Source: Ginglymostoma cirratum (Eukaryota). From it: DNA of 64,000 nt. Within the stretch, counting starts at the first letter, position 1; every line of letters begins with the position of its first letter. Shown piece by piece: positions 49,501 to 61,600 of the stretch. Under the pieces are notes generated by a model, which did no database searches, was not told the DNA's origin, and was given only the letters and a program-made list of their open reading frames with translations. Where the stretch lies: contig JAHRHZ010000270.1 of assembly GCA_024137785.1 (NCBI GenBank), forward strand, positions 11,720,788-11,784,787, written 5' to 3'. A program made the position numbers and the translations under genes.

Positions 49501-52149
49501 AAAAGATCCATTCACATGTTTAAAAAATGAATTTAATTTTTCATTTGAATAATTTTAGACAATAATTTTTTCAAAGAAAATCCTCCGACTTTTTGGCAAT
49601 ATAAATAAATCCTTCACTTTTGACTGTAACTTAAAGAGCCTGTATAAAATTATAGTGTCTATCTTGAGTGCAAATGTCTGTTTTAAATGCAGGTGTTGAT
49701 ACCAATTAATGAATGATTAGCTGGTTGGGGCATACATTACAGAACAACAAAATTAAGTTATTGTTAGAATTTTTTACAAAACTGTTCCTGGGTAAGACTA
49801 AAAGCAGAACTGTTAATAGTGAAGAGCCGATTTGTATTTTAGTTTATGTTGACAATACATAAAGAATCTTGAGGATTTTACGTTATTTTAGAGGTTAGCT
49901 GCAGCGTTTAGTAGTCCTGAAGTCAAAAGGACCATCTTTTGGTCAGTTAACAAGTGTCAAATGTTCACAGTTTGATCATTGAAATTGAATTTACACATCA
50001 TTTATTACTACTGTTCAGGGAAGTGGATTGAATACTGTTGCTAAACGTATATTATTAACTGAGCTCAAATACTTGCCGTATGATGGGAAACTGTTAACCT
50101 CGACATTTCGATGTTGAAATAATTAGACAAAATTTGTCCACCACGAGACGACCCTTGAACCAATGGATCTCTCATTGTTAATTTAAAAGAATCTCGATGA
50201 TCACATACATAGGATTAATTGCAATTCTGGTCAATCATATTTTAAAGGGCAAGTCATTTCGTCTCACTTTCATTGTTAAATCTCTATCTGCTCTAGTTTC
50301 TAAAAGCTACTTTTTTCTCTCTACGACGTCAAAGTGCTGACATGCATATATACACATGTGTTTGCGCGCACGCACACCGACACACTTTCTAGTTTTCGAG
50401 TTCACGCTCTATTTGCATAATAACTATTTATCAGTTCTCATCATTGACAACTGATACAAAACAATAACACAGTGAATTTATACGATTATTTAATACTCGA
50501 TAATGATTTTATGTATGATATTCAACAATTCAAAACGACCGCAAGAACACATCAACACTACTATTTAATCCAGTAGCCCCCGAGATGAGTTTGTCTTCCA
50601 GAAATATATAAACAAATCCTCTTGCTATTTTATTCCAAATATCAGCAATTAGTAGAGTTTTAAAAGTTAAATTTACCAAATATCACCATTAAAACACTTT
50701 AGAAATTTCACGTCAGAATGTACTTTGGATTTCGAATACCATTAATTTATCTTTTTGGTGTATAATACGTTTACTATCTATATTGAAATGACCACAGATA
50801 CAGGGTTAACAGAGTTCGACAATTTTTTTGCGTTTTGTAAGAATGTTTATAACAGAATTAAAATATCACAGCCAATTCTCATGGACAGTCGTGATTTAAT
50901 CAATAGCAATAAACTTTCACGGCAGTGTTTATAACACCCTGCCTGTAAATACTTTTAATTATTTTTTACATATTTCTAAGAAACCTGAGGGTATTTATCT
51001 TACAAAAAAAGGGAAAATCCAAACCCGAATTGTCTTACTTCAATGGAAAGCTTTGGCTAAAGGAAATATTCAAAGAGCAGAGGCTTGGTCTCACGGCTGA
51101 AATCCACGGCGTCTTGGATATGTCTGATTGGAGTTATTAAGGACGTGAATTTTCGAGCTGAGCTGAGGACAAGTGTTAGCTGGACGCATTTTTCAAATCC
51201 AAATAGAATGCCTTTGGTGAGACATTAAGTCCAAGCGCAGACCTACGAGTACAACTCAATAACTTCTAGTTCATCAGCCCAGCGTTTCCGAACCTAGGTT
51301 TCAAGAAATTTCAAACGTCTGGTGCCGCCCTCATTTCATTTCAGTGCTGCGAGAAAACCCATCTGTTTAGCTTTCACCTGCGGAAGTACCCAGACGTTTG
51401 CTAAGATATGACTTTGCTTTCACATCAGCAAGTTCACAGTTTCCTGTGTAAGAGTTACCTGACATAAGTAAAGCGTTTCCTCTCGGGGTGAAATATTGTC
51501 ACGGTCACTGATAATTTGAACTTCTCTAAAGTTATACTTCTATAAGGATTGCGCAATATTTCTCTACCTATAGGTACAGATTTATCGAAGCAAACAATTA
51601 TTTCATGTGGTGAAATGCCATTTTTAAATTCTTCCAACAAGCCCACAAAGGACCTTAGAACAAAATGAGAATGAAACTTGGCTCTTGTTCATTAACCTGT
51701 TCTCCAGTGCATTTAACTTGGACTATTAAAGGATATATTTTCCAGTTTTATTTTATATCTACACTCTGGAGGGGTTTACTGTTGTAAATTCTTCGTAAAA
51801 AGGCACTGCAAAGGTCCATTCCACAGCAACCCAATCAGTCTGTAATGATGGTGTTCTTGTATTAAAAGCCCAGTGACGATAATGATAAATCTGCATCAAA
51901 GCAGAGTGGATCCCCTATCCACTGTATAGCAACAAAAACTAACCAAGGCCTGCTTTTCCTGGCAGAAATTCTTTCCCGGTCGTCCCCATCCCATGCAAAA
52001 ACAGACAGCTCTTCACTTGTTCGCTATGCTCATGTTCTTTGCTAAACGGTGCATAGCGGGAAGGGGGCAGGATAAACTCCTAGGCCTACCCTAGGGTCAA
52101 GCCAAAGCTTCCAACCATGAACTTGAGAACTAGAAGAAGGGTCTTCATC

Positions 52150-52830
52150 ATAGTCATCATCATAGAGATATACAGCACAGAAACAAACCCTTCGGTCCAA
52201 CTTGTCTATGCCGCGCTGAATATCCGAAATTAATCTCGTCCCATTTGGCCCATATCATTCTAAATCTTTCCTATTCATGTGCACATCCAGGAGCCTTTTA
52301 AATGATGTAATCGTAACAGACTCCACCACTTCTTCTAGCAGCTCCTTCCATACACACACGGCCTTCTACGTTAAAAAGAAGCCCCAGGGGTCCCTTTTAA
52401 ATCTTTCACCTCTCACCTCAGTCCTATGCCCTCTAGTTTTGGACTCCCCTACCGTTGGTTAAAAAAAAACTTGGCTATTCACCCTATCCATGCCCCTCAT
52501 GTTTTTATAAGCCTCTATAAGGTTATCCGTCAGATTCCACGCTCCAAGGAAAAAGCCCCAGCCTATTCAGGGTCTCCCTGTAGCTCAAACCCACCAATTC
52601 CGGCAACATCCTTATAAATCTTTTCTGAACCCTTTCATTTTAACAACATCTTTCTTCTAGCAGGGAGACCAGGTTTGCACGCAGTATTCTAAAAGTGGCC
52701 TAACCAATGTCCTACACAGCCACAACATGAGATCCCAACTTCTACACTCAATAGACTGACCAATAGAGGCAAGTGCACCAAACGCCTTCTTCACCACCCT
52801 GTTTACCTGACTCCACTTTCAAGGAACTAT
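52150..52830 (-). mobile_element. CR1 LINE 3' part
   Basis: Colinear with and similar to 35605-36270. Confidence 0.85.
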
Positions 52831-53548
52831 TCTTGTCTTTTGATGGCTGGTCTTTCTTCAGCAGTCCTGAAGAGTGACTGTGCTGTGTCAAGCTGTAAAT
52901 CAGGTGTTCCACGACCTGTTTGATCTAATTGACGGGGAAGCCAAATGTTGCTTTAGTTGTACTTCTTATTTGTATCTCTCAATTGTAGGACATTACTTTA
53001 TTGATCATCTCTTCCGGGGGCATCCTTGCAACGGTGCAAGTTTAGAAGGCTCTGAAAATTCCGAGACATCCTACTGGTCGAACTCAAACAGTGCAGAGGA
53101 GATCGACTGTTTATAAGGGCAAGGACGCCCAAAACAATGTTTTTCTATCATCCTTGACCTTTTGACATGTTGGAGAACCTTTGCACAAAAGCAAGAAAGT
53201 CTGAAATGCCAGGTGAAAACTAATTATTTCATTCGGTATTAATTTAAACAATGCACATGAACCTTGATTGTGTTTCCCCTCACGCCCACTATCTTGTCGT
53301 GAATACACTCCCAAACCGCAGAATAATCACTAACCAGTAAACCGAATCAACTAGAAGCTAACTTACCATTTCCGATGATTAAGCATTTGGACAATGATGG
53401 AGAGAGAGAGAGAATTTGCGCGACGTCATGTTAAAAAAATGGACTGTTCCACATTTCACTGGCCCAACCTAGCCTCAACAGGAGAGAAACTTACTTCCCA
53501 GCTTACTTGTTTAGTTTTTAGTACTGGCCTACTACAACATCTGGCTCC

Positions 53549-55355
53549 AGAGTCAATAGATGCGAAGCTGGAAAAGCACAGCAGCTCAGACGGCATACGA
53601 GGAGCAGGAAAGTCAACGTTTCCGATGGAAACCCTTCTACAGGGCTGGGGAGGGGGTGGGGTTGGGGCAAGGATAGGTGGGATGGTGATAGGTGGATGCA
53701 GGTAGGAGTTTATTATGATTGGTCTGTTGGATGGGTTGAGTGGATTGGTGAGTAGGAAGGTGGGCAGGTTAGGTCATGTCAGGGGTGGGGCGGTTGGACA
53801 TGGTATAAGGCTGGAGGTGAAGGGATTTTGAAGCTGGTGAAGTCAACATTGAGGCCAGTGAGCTGTAAGCTCCCAAGATGAAATATCAGGTGTTCCTCCA
53901 GTTTACATTTGGCCTCACTCTAACAGTGGAGGAGATGAAGGATGGACATGTCACCAGGAGAGTGGGAGGGGGAGTTAAAATGGATGGCAATTGGAAAGTC
54001 GCGTTGGTTGGTGCATGCAGAGCACAGATACTCTGCGAACCAGTCCCCAAGTCTGCATTTGTTCTCCCCAATATAGAGGAGACCACATCAAGAGCAACGG
54101 ATACAATAGATCAGGTTGAATGAAGTGCAGGGGTAACTCTGTTGGATCTGGAAGGATTGTTTGGGGCCTTGATTGGAGGTGAGAGGGGTGGTGTAGGGGC
54201 AGGTATTGCACCTCTTGCAGGGAAACGTACCGGGTGTGGTGGAGAAGTTGGTGTGCAATGTAGAGCTGACATGGGAGTCACAGAATGAATGGTCCCTGTG
54301 GAAAGCAGACAGGAGTGTGGAAGGAAATATCTTTTAAATGGTGGGATCTGATTGTAGATGGTGGAAATGTCAGAGGTTGATGTATTGGATTCAGACTCTA
54401 GTCCTCACATCCCACCCCACCAACTTCCAAATCAAACATATGATCCTCCAACATTTCTGCCGCCTACAATCAGACCCCACCACCCAAAAGATATTTCCTT
54501 CCCCACCTCTGTCTGCTTTCTGCAGGGATCATTCATTCCTCAACTCCTGTGTCAGCTCTACACTCCCCATCAACTTCTCCACCACACCTGGTACCTTTCC
54601 CTGCAACAGTAAGAGGTGCAACAGCTGCCCCTAACATTTCCCCTTTCAACTCCGTCCAAGGCCCCAAACAATCCTTCCAGATTCAGCAGTTTCACCTGCA
54701 CTTCATCCAACCTGATCTATCGTATCCGTTTCTCCGGCCGTGATCTCCTCTATATCGGGGAGACCAACACAGACTCAGGGACCGTATCGCGGAACACCTG
54801 CACCCTGCATGCACTAACCATCCCAACCTTCCGGTTGCCATCCATTTTAATACCCCTATCACTCCCCTGGTGATATGTCCATCCTAGGCCTCCTCCACTG
54901 TCAGAGTGAGGTTAAATGTAAACTGACAGAACAACACCTGATACTTCACCTTGAGAGCTTACAGCCCAAAGGCCTCAATATTGACTTCACCAGCTTCAAA
55001 ATCTCTCCAACCTCAGCCTTATCCCATGTCCAGCCCTTTCCCTCCTCCTCTCCTCCCTGACCTGGCCTCATTGTCCATCTTCCTATTCACCTTTCCGCTC
55101 TACCCTTCCCACTGACTAATTACAATAACCCCCAACCTGCATCCACCTATCACTATCCTTCCTACCCTTCCACCAGCCTCCACTCCCCTCCCTCTATTTA
55201 CTTCTAGGCTCCCCTCCCCCTCCCCAGAAGAGAGGAAGGTTTTCTACCCCAAATGTTGACTGACCTGCTCCTCGTATGCTGTCTGACTTGCTGTGCTTTT
55301 CCAGCTTCGCACCTATTGATTCTGGCTTCCAGCATCTGCAGTCCTTACTGCTTCC
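53549..55355. mobile_element. ~1.8 kb head-to-head inverted pair of PLE 3' halves (GIY-YIG endonuclease remnants)
   Basis: The plus arm encodes LVLTSHP…PGTFPCNSKRCNSCP…FTCTSSNLIYRI…LYIGET…EQHLILHLESLQPKGLNIDF. The minus arm (53549-~54400) is its diverged reverse complement, and the pair is flanked by a 15-bp direct repeat. Confidence 0.88.
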
Positions 55356-55476
55356 ACAACATCTGACCCCGCCAAACACAATCAGAGAAATTCTGCAAAG
55401 CTCAGTTTATAGAAGAATCCCTAATTACCAGGGATTCATACAATGGAACCCAAAGCCAACAAGAGGATCCTGGTAG

Positions 55477-55671
55477 AGATAACAAAGTGAGGAGCTAGAG
55501 GAATACAGCAGGCCAGGCAGCATCAGAGGAGCAGGAAAGTTAACCTTACGGGCCTGAACAATTCTGAAGAAGGGTCCCGACCCGAACGTTGCCTTTCCTG
55601 CCCCGCTGATGCTGCCTGGCCTGCTGTGTTCATCCAGCTCCACAATACGTTATCTCTGCCTCCAGATCTCT
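55477..55671. mobile_element. Short fold-back PLE-terminal element with TSD
   Basis: Inverted arms; plus-strand CUGAAGA-A-GGGU(CCCG)ACCC-GAACGUU at 55564-55590; flanks GATCCTGGTAG (55466-55476) and GATCCTAGTAG (55672-55682). Confidence 0.85.
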
Positions 55672-56242
55672 GATCCTAGTAGGGATGTTGTTTTTGAAGA
55701 CTAGCTAGAAATGTTAGCAAAAGGGAGCGTTAGCGAGATATTCAGGTGTACACGGAAATCTGCGGGATGGCATTTAAGCCGGAAAACAACTTGGGCTTTG
55801 TGGCAAGACGGTGTTGGAGGACAGTCGCGTTGAATGATTGGTAAGAAGGGAGCAGGCAGAAAGAACAGCCAGGGCTGTCGGTATGGAACCATTTTCGTCC
55901 CTAAATATATGCGCTAGAAGCCTTGGATTAGATTTGTTCCAGGAAGGTCTGCAGGGATCACGTGTTAAGTTATCTGCTTTAGAGTAGTTAGTTTTTTTTA
56001 ACATTCTCATGACAAGGCAGGAATTTATTGCTGCCCCATAACAACAGAATGGCTCTCAGTCACTTCAGAGAACAATTTAGAGTCAAACATTGTGATGTGG
56101 CGACAGGATCATGTTATGCAGCCCAGGGCTTCTGGCTCCCTTTTCAAGAATATTAGCAATCCAGTTGGGTTTTACGACATACTGATACGCCTTTTGATCA
56201 CCTTTCTTTTTTTAAAATTTGAAACTGAAATCAAATACTAAA

Positions 56243-56380
56243 CTTCGGAGGAAAGGTCACCGGACCCGAAACGTTAACTCTGTTTTTTCCATAACAGATG
56301 CTGCCAGACCTGCTGAGTTTTTCCAGAAACTTCTGTTTTTGTTCCTGATTTACAGCATCTGCAGTTCTTTCGGTTTTTAC
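56243..56380 (+). mobile_element. Single PLE terminus starting at a hammerhead-like motif
   Basis: CGGAGGA-AA-GGUC(ACCG)GACC-C-GAAACGUU at 56246-56275, followed by an arm of the 22188 subfamily. Confidence 0.75.
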
Positions 56381-56476
56381 GAAACTTCTTATTATCCCTC
56401 GATTCCTGGTCCCGCCCTCTGCCACATGGTTCATCCGTTAAGCCTTACTGTCCAATCTGAATTTATGGCAATTCTT

Positions 56477-56881
56477 CAGAGATAGCAAGAACTGCAGATG
56501 CTGGGGTCAGAGATAACACGTTGTGGAGCTGGAGGAACACAGCAGGCCAGGCAGCATATTAGGAGCAGGAAAGTTAACGTGAGAGATAATACGAACTGCA
56601 GATGCTGGAGAATCCGAGATAACGAGGTGTAGAGCTGGACGAACATAGCAGGCCAAGGAACACCATAGGAGCAGGAAAGCTTGACGTTTCGGGCCTAGAC
56701 CCTTTCCTATGATGCTGCTTGGCCTGCTGTGTTCATCCAGTTCTACACCTTGTTATCTAGGAAAGTTAATGTTTCGGGTCGGGACCCTTCTTCAGAATCG
56801 TTCAGACCCGAAAGGTTAACTTTCCAGCTCCTCTGACGCTGCCTGGCCTGTTGTGTTCCTCCAGCTCCAAACTGTGTTGCC
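56477..56881. mobile_element. Fold-back PLE-terminal element containing a nested second one (56581-56758)
   Basis: Outer TSD TATGGCAATTCTT (56464-56476) / TACGGCAATTCTT (56882-56894). Inner TSD AGGAAAGTTAACGT (56567-56580) / AGGAAAGTTAATGT (56759-56772). Confidence 0.88.
56766..56797 (-). ncRNA. Minimal hammerhead ribozyme-like motif
   Basis: Minus strand: UU-CUGAAGA-A-GGGU(CCCG)ACCC-GAAACAUU-AA. Confidence 0.6.
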
Positions 56882-57296
56882 TACGGCAATTCTTGACGTT
56901 CATGATCACAGGTTGTATTTTTACTGCGTTTAAACAACAATGTTTCATCATTGTTTGAGTCAGCAAAAGGTACAATTTAAATGAGAAAAACAAGCCAATG
57001 AGGGGCGTCACACCGACCTGTGTTTCCAAAGGTGCCGCATTAACTCGAGAAAGAGTTATTTTGTTTTTGGCATAATGTTCTGTCCCAACAAAGGGATAGA
57101 ACAATTTCAGTCATCTTCCAGTACAACATGGCTCCACCGACGGCTTAGTGCGCGTACGCCGCCAGCTGAGAAATGAAATTAGACGAAGCGAAGGTAACAA
57201 TTTATGCCATCGCTTTGGGCATTGGCTGGGAAGTAATGTCTGTTAAAGGATAACTCGGGAGTCACAGGGACTACCGACTCCGCTAAAGCAAGTCAA

Positions 57297-57560
57297 AAGC
57301 AAAACACTGCAGACGCTGGACATCTGAAATGAAAACTGGAAATGATGGAAACATTCAGTAGGTTTGTAGCAGCCGATGAGTCAAAAACCGAGTTAATGTT
57401 TGTGGTCCATAACCTTTAATCAAAGTTAAAGGTTTTCAGCAAGTGAAAGGAGGTGGGGAGGGAAAGGTAAGGTCTATGATAGAGTGGAGGGTGAGAGAGA
57501 TTAAAAGACAGAAGGCTGATGTCGCTATATCAAAGGGACTGGAAATGGGACAAGTGGGAA
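57297..57560 (-). mobile_element. Old PLE 3' terminal fragment
   Basis: 'aaaacactgcagacgctggacatctgaaat…gagttaatgttt' arm followed by a purine-rich tract, as at 30545 and 53549. Confidence 0.55.
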
Positions 57561-58165
57561 AAAAACTTGAGGCTGGATGGCAGAATCACGTACACCTGTT
57601 CATCTCTCCACACTAGCTGCCGGATCTCCACCCTGTTACGTGCTATGTCGGATTACTGGGATCGATGGCACGGAACCAAATCATGCTGGTGTTTATTCTC
57701 CCGTCTTTTCTCATCTACATGCATCACGGTGACCACCTATTCCCGTGTCCATCATTTGCTTGTCCATTTTCCCCTTACACGCACCCATGTTTTTCGCTTC
57801 ACCTACTACCGGCGGTACCGAGTTCACTATTGTCATTATTTCAGGTAAAATGTTTAATTTGAATTCCCTATTGGATTTCTCAGTCACTGTCTTATATCAC
57901 CGGCCTCCAGTTATGCTGTCCCTCACGCCAAGAAACATTTCCTCTGTATCCTCTCTAGCAAATATTTTAGATTTTTTAAAAACCTCTATTAGGTCACCCT
58001 ATTGCTTTTAAGAGGGAAGACACCCACCCTTTTCTTTGATGTGTAAACTCACAGATTTCTACTAAAGAGGCCCCCAAGTAAATTAGGCACATACAGCTCA
58101 ATAGCAAACTACATTTTAAAAGGGCACGCGGCCAATTTAGGACACCACGGAACTTTACAAATTTA

Positions 58166-58281
58166 TCCGAGATAACAAGCATGGGGCTGGATGAACATAG
58201 CAGGTCAAGCAGCATCATAGGAGCAGGAAAACTTGACGTTTCGGGCCTAAACCCGTCATCATTTCTGATGAAGGGTTTAGG
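58166..58281. mobile_element. Fold-back PLE-terminal element cut by an assembly gap
   Basis: Left arm as in 1-69. The centre 'cctaaacccgtcatca-tttc-tgatgaagggtttagg' is palindromic and starts a plus-strand CUGAUGA box at 58265. Confidence 0.8.
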
Positions 58282-58681
58282 NNNNNNNNNNNNNNNNNNN
58301 NNNNNNNNNNNNNNNNNNNNNNNNNNNNNNNNNNNNNNNNNNNNNNNNNNNNNNNNNNNNNNNNNNNNNNNNNNNNNNNNNNNNNNNNNNNNNNNNNNNN
58401 NNNNNNNNNNNNNNNNNNNNNNNNNNNNNNNNNNNNNNNNNNNNNNNNNNNNNNNNNNNNNNNNNNNNNNNNNNNNNNNNNNNNNNNNNNNNNNNNNNNN
58501 NNNNNNNNNNNNNNNNNNNNNNNNNNNNNNNNNNNNNNNNNNNNNNNNNNNNNNNNNNNNNNNNNNNNNNNNNNNNNNNNNNNNNNNNNNNNNNNNNNNN
58601 NNNNNNNNNNNNNNNNNNNNNNNNNNNNNNNNNNNNNNNNNNNNNNNNNNNNNNNNNNNNNNNNNNNNNNNNNNNNNNNNN
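58282..58681. other. Assembly gap (400 N)
   Basis: Run of N. Confidence 1.
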
Positions 58682-61600
58682 TTTTATCTCTTTTACAAAT
58701 TTATCATTGGCTTTTAATACTGTAATTCCCCGTGCCCTAGTGTGGTATTAAAATGAGCTCCCCCGTGGAGTAAAATTCGACCTCTGCGACCAAACACCCA
58801 CGCACACCCTTTGTTCCTAATCCCGCCTCTAGATGCGGAATAACTAGGGTCTGAAGTCTGGAAGTCGAGGTGTAAACATGCCGGTCTGAGAAAGTGCCTG
58901 TAGTGTAACTGCAACGTCGAACTATAATCTGGGCTGCATGGATATAATTTCTCGATGCGGCGCTATAGAAACTTCTTTTAAATGTACTCTGCTCAAAGAA
59001 GGAAGCTGCTACTGTTCTCCCAGCTGAACTGGACCTCTTTCAGTCTAAGCGCAATTTTGGCGGTCAATATCCCGCAGAATGAGAGAAATTATTCATAACG
59101 CCACTTGGCGCTTCCAGTTTGATCCACTGATCGACCAGGTCTTGTCGGATTTTGTTTTTAAACGTGCAAGTGTCCAGAGCAGTATTGGTGGTGGAGGGCA
59201 GAGCGAGACCCATGTGAAGATTACAGCGTTTGCGCAAGAGTTGCACATTGGACCGTTCGACAGAGGGCACTAACTCGCAAACTACTGCTTGTCACTTTCT
59301 CCTCCTCCAGCACCGCTTCCTCTCCTTATTTCCTCAGACATTACCTATTCTTCGAAGTCCATTTCTCAGCTTTATCTTCCATTTACATTCGCCATTTGAC
59401 CATATAGTATGTTTACCCAAAAAATACATTCCCTGGTTTCCAATGATTATTTTTCATTAATTTGGTTTTAACGGTTTGTCTCTGAGGTTAGTATTAGTAG
59501 TTAGATGGCATTATTATCTTGGGGATGGATTCCGAACTTTAATGCAACGAACTAGCCGCTTCGTACACCTCCACTTAATGGTCCAAACATTAGAGTGGTA
59601 TCACTGAAACTAAACAGTTATGGCGACTGTCAACCAAACAAGTCACAATAATTTTGAGATGGTTTAAGAAAATTGTTTAGTCCAATGACTGGGCAGAATA
59701 ATAGTTAAATGTAAATACTGTGTAGAAGTAAAGTTTTAAATTTCAATATCTAACGTTGCTGAATTCTTTAGTTACAGAGGGACCAAAACTGTAGCCTATT
59801 AGGTTTTACATGAGATGCCTGTTGTTATTTGCACATTCGCATTTACTGACATGGTACCATAACTTGAATTAAAGCACGGATTGTTAGTAGGGTAATTCTC
59901 AAATCCGAATGAGTTTAACTGACCAATATGACCATTACTGTCCAATGACGGTATCCTGTCCTTCCTTTCTGAAATTGTCTTTAGCAGGTAAATCGTCCGT
60001 GAAAATCACTAGAAGCTTCATTTTCATTGAAGGAATCTCAATTACAAAGTAGGAAATCGGGTGCTGCCGACTAAATGTAGTACAAACTAAAATTATTACT
60101 GCCAATGTCAGAATTCGGTCCAAGGTTTGGAATCACGCCTGTGGACACTGCTTTATTTATTTTTTCTGGCACTATATTGTTTCCGAACAACTTTACAGTA
60201 TTGCGTGCAAGGAAAACATCATGATACAGCAACTTGCCAACGTTATCAGAGAAAATTACAAAAGTCCTTTTTCAATTCTCTGTTCACTCTGATTTGACAA
60301 TGTGACTTGGTCCTGGCAGTCCTATAACTTCACTCACAAGATTCTACACAAGATTGCACGGTGTGAACGGGTACGTTGTATCAATAACCAATATGTACCT
60401 TTGCATGCCTCTATAATCACTGCAGTCTATGGGTCTGATGTTAGATCTCTGATCTACTGGGGCATCAGTCACCTACTATTTACAATATTTCATATTGGGA
60501 TTCAGTGGAACAGATACAGAGGATGAATTATGGAGAGAATTGTGACGGAAGATAATACATCTATCGATTCTCCTTGTATAATACACAGCGCACTTCTAAA
60601 GGCCTGGCTTACTCTTGTGTTTCCCTATAGCCTGGCAGGTGACTGACACTTGTGACCTGGCAAATCTAATCTTTCTACATCATGAAACATATAAGGCCAT
60701 TGATTTAAGGGCGACGTTCAGAAGGCTCTTGAAATTATCTGTGAATGAGGTGGGTAAAAAAGCGTTGTCAATCCATGAAGTGCAGGGCAATGCCGAAAGC
60801 GCTAACTCTCAACATATTGGTGCATTCCACAAGTCTGACTTTATTGTCTGGTTTTCCTTCATCGCAGTTCGTAAATGTGAACCTCCCTGTGATTAAAATG
60901 ACAATTTAAAATGGTAGGGAACAATTTACAATTTGTACTTGAAGAACACTGCACTCCTCCCTCTCTGTTCATTCCTCCGCCCTACTCTGGCGGTTTTAAT
61001 CTCGCAGGTGCAGAAAGTGAAATCGCACTCTTTGATGGGGTGAGGGGAAGTTTAGTGCGTTTCTATCTTAAGCAACTGCTGCCAATTCCTCTGCTGCTGT
61101 TTGGGCGACCTCCAGCGCTGAACAGGGCATCACTTCGGTTCATGGCTTTGCACGTTGCAGTCTCTGGAGGCCATTCCTGCTGCACGTTTTCTGAACCGGA
61201 AACGTACCAGTCGGTAGCCCCAGTGAGTCTAGTCTGACAGAGATGTGAGGTCTGTGTTCCCACACATTCGCCCCCACCCCCACCATCAACCCCCACCGCC
61301 CTAAACATTCTAATAGGAATTGATCTCCAGTGTGTCTTGTGGGGCTCTAAATTACAAAGCAGCTCTTTGCCGAGCATATTTAAAAGGTATTATTGTAAAA
61401 CTCGACTGGATCTATTCAAAAGACATTTGTCCTGTTAAGTGGACACTTTCAAAAGCTGCTCCTGAGGCGTGAATGTACCGTTTGGAAATCTTGGTACTTA
61501 TTTTTTCTCTAAAGTTTTAAGCAAAGACCAGAATCTAACAACAATGCAGTGACTGTAACTTGTAATTGTGCTAAGTCGCTTTCGAGTGTTTTTTTCTGAC

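Noticed and set aside
53361-53455. Strong donor (ATG|GTAAGT) as a possible exon 1A
   Set aside because: Upstream ATGs either hit in-frame stops or give the wrong phase for exon 2.
58181-58717. 178-aa ORF
   Set aside because: It reads through the N gap.
61475-61520. TTAGAGAAAAA resembling the human exon 1A start
   Set aside because: There is no upstream ATG and a TAA follows immediately.
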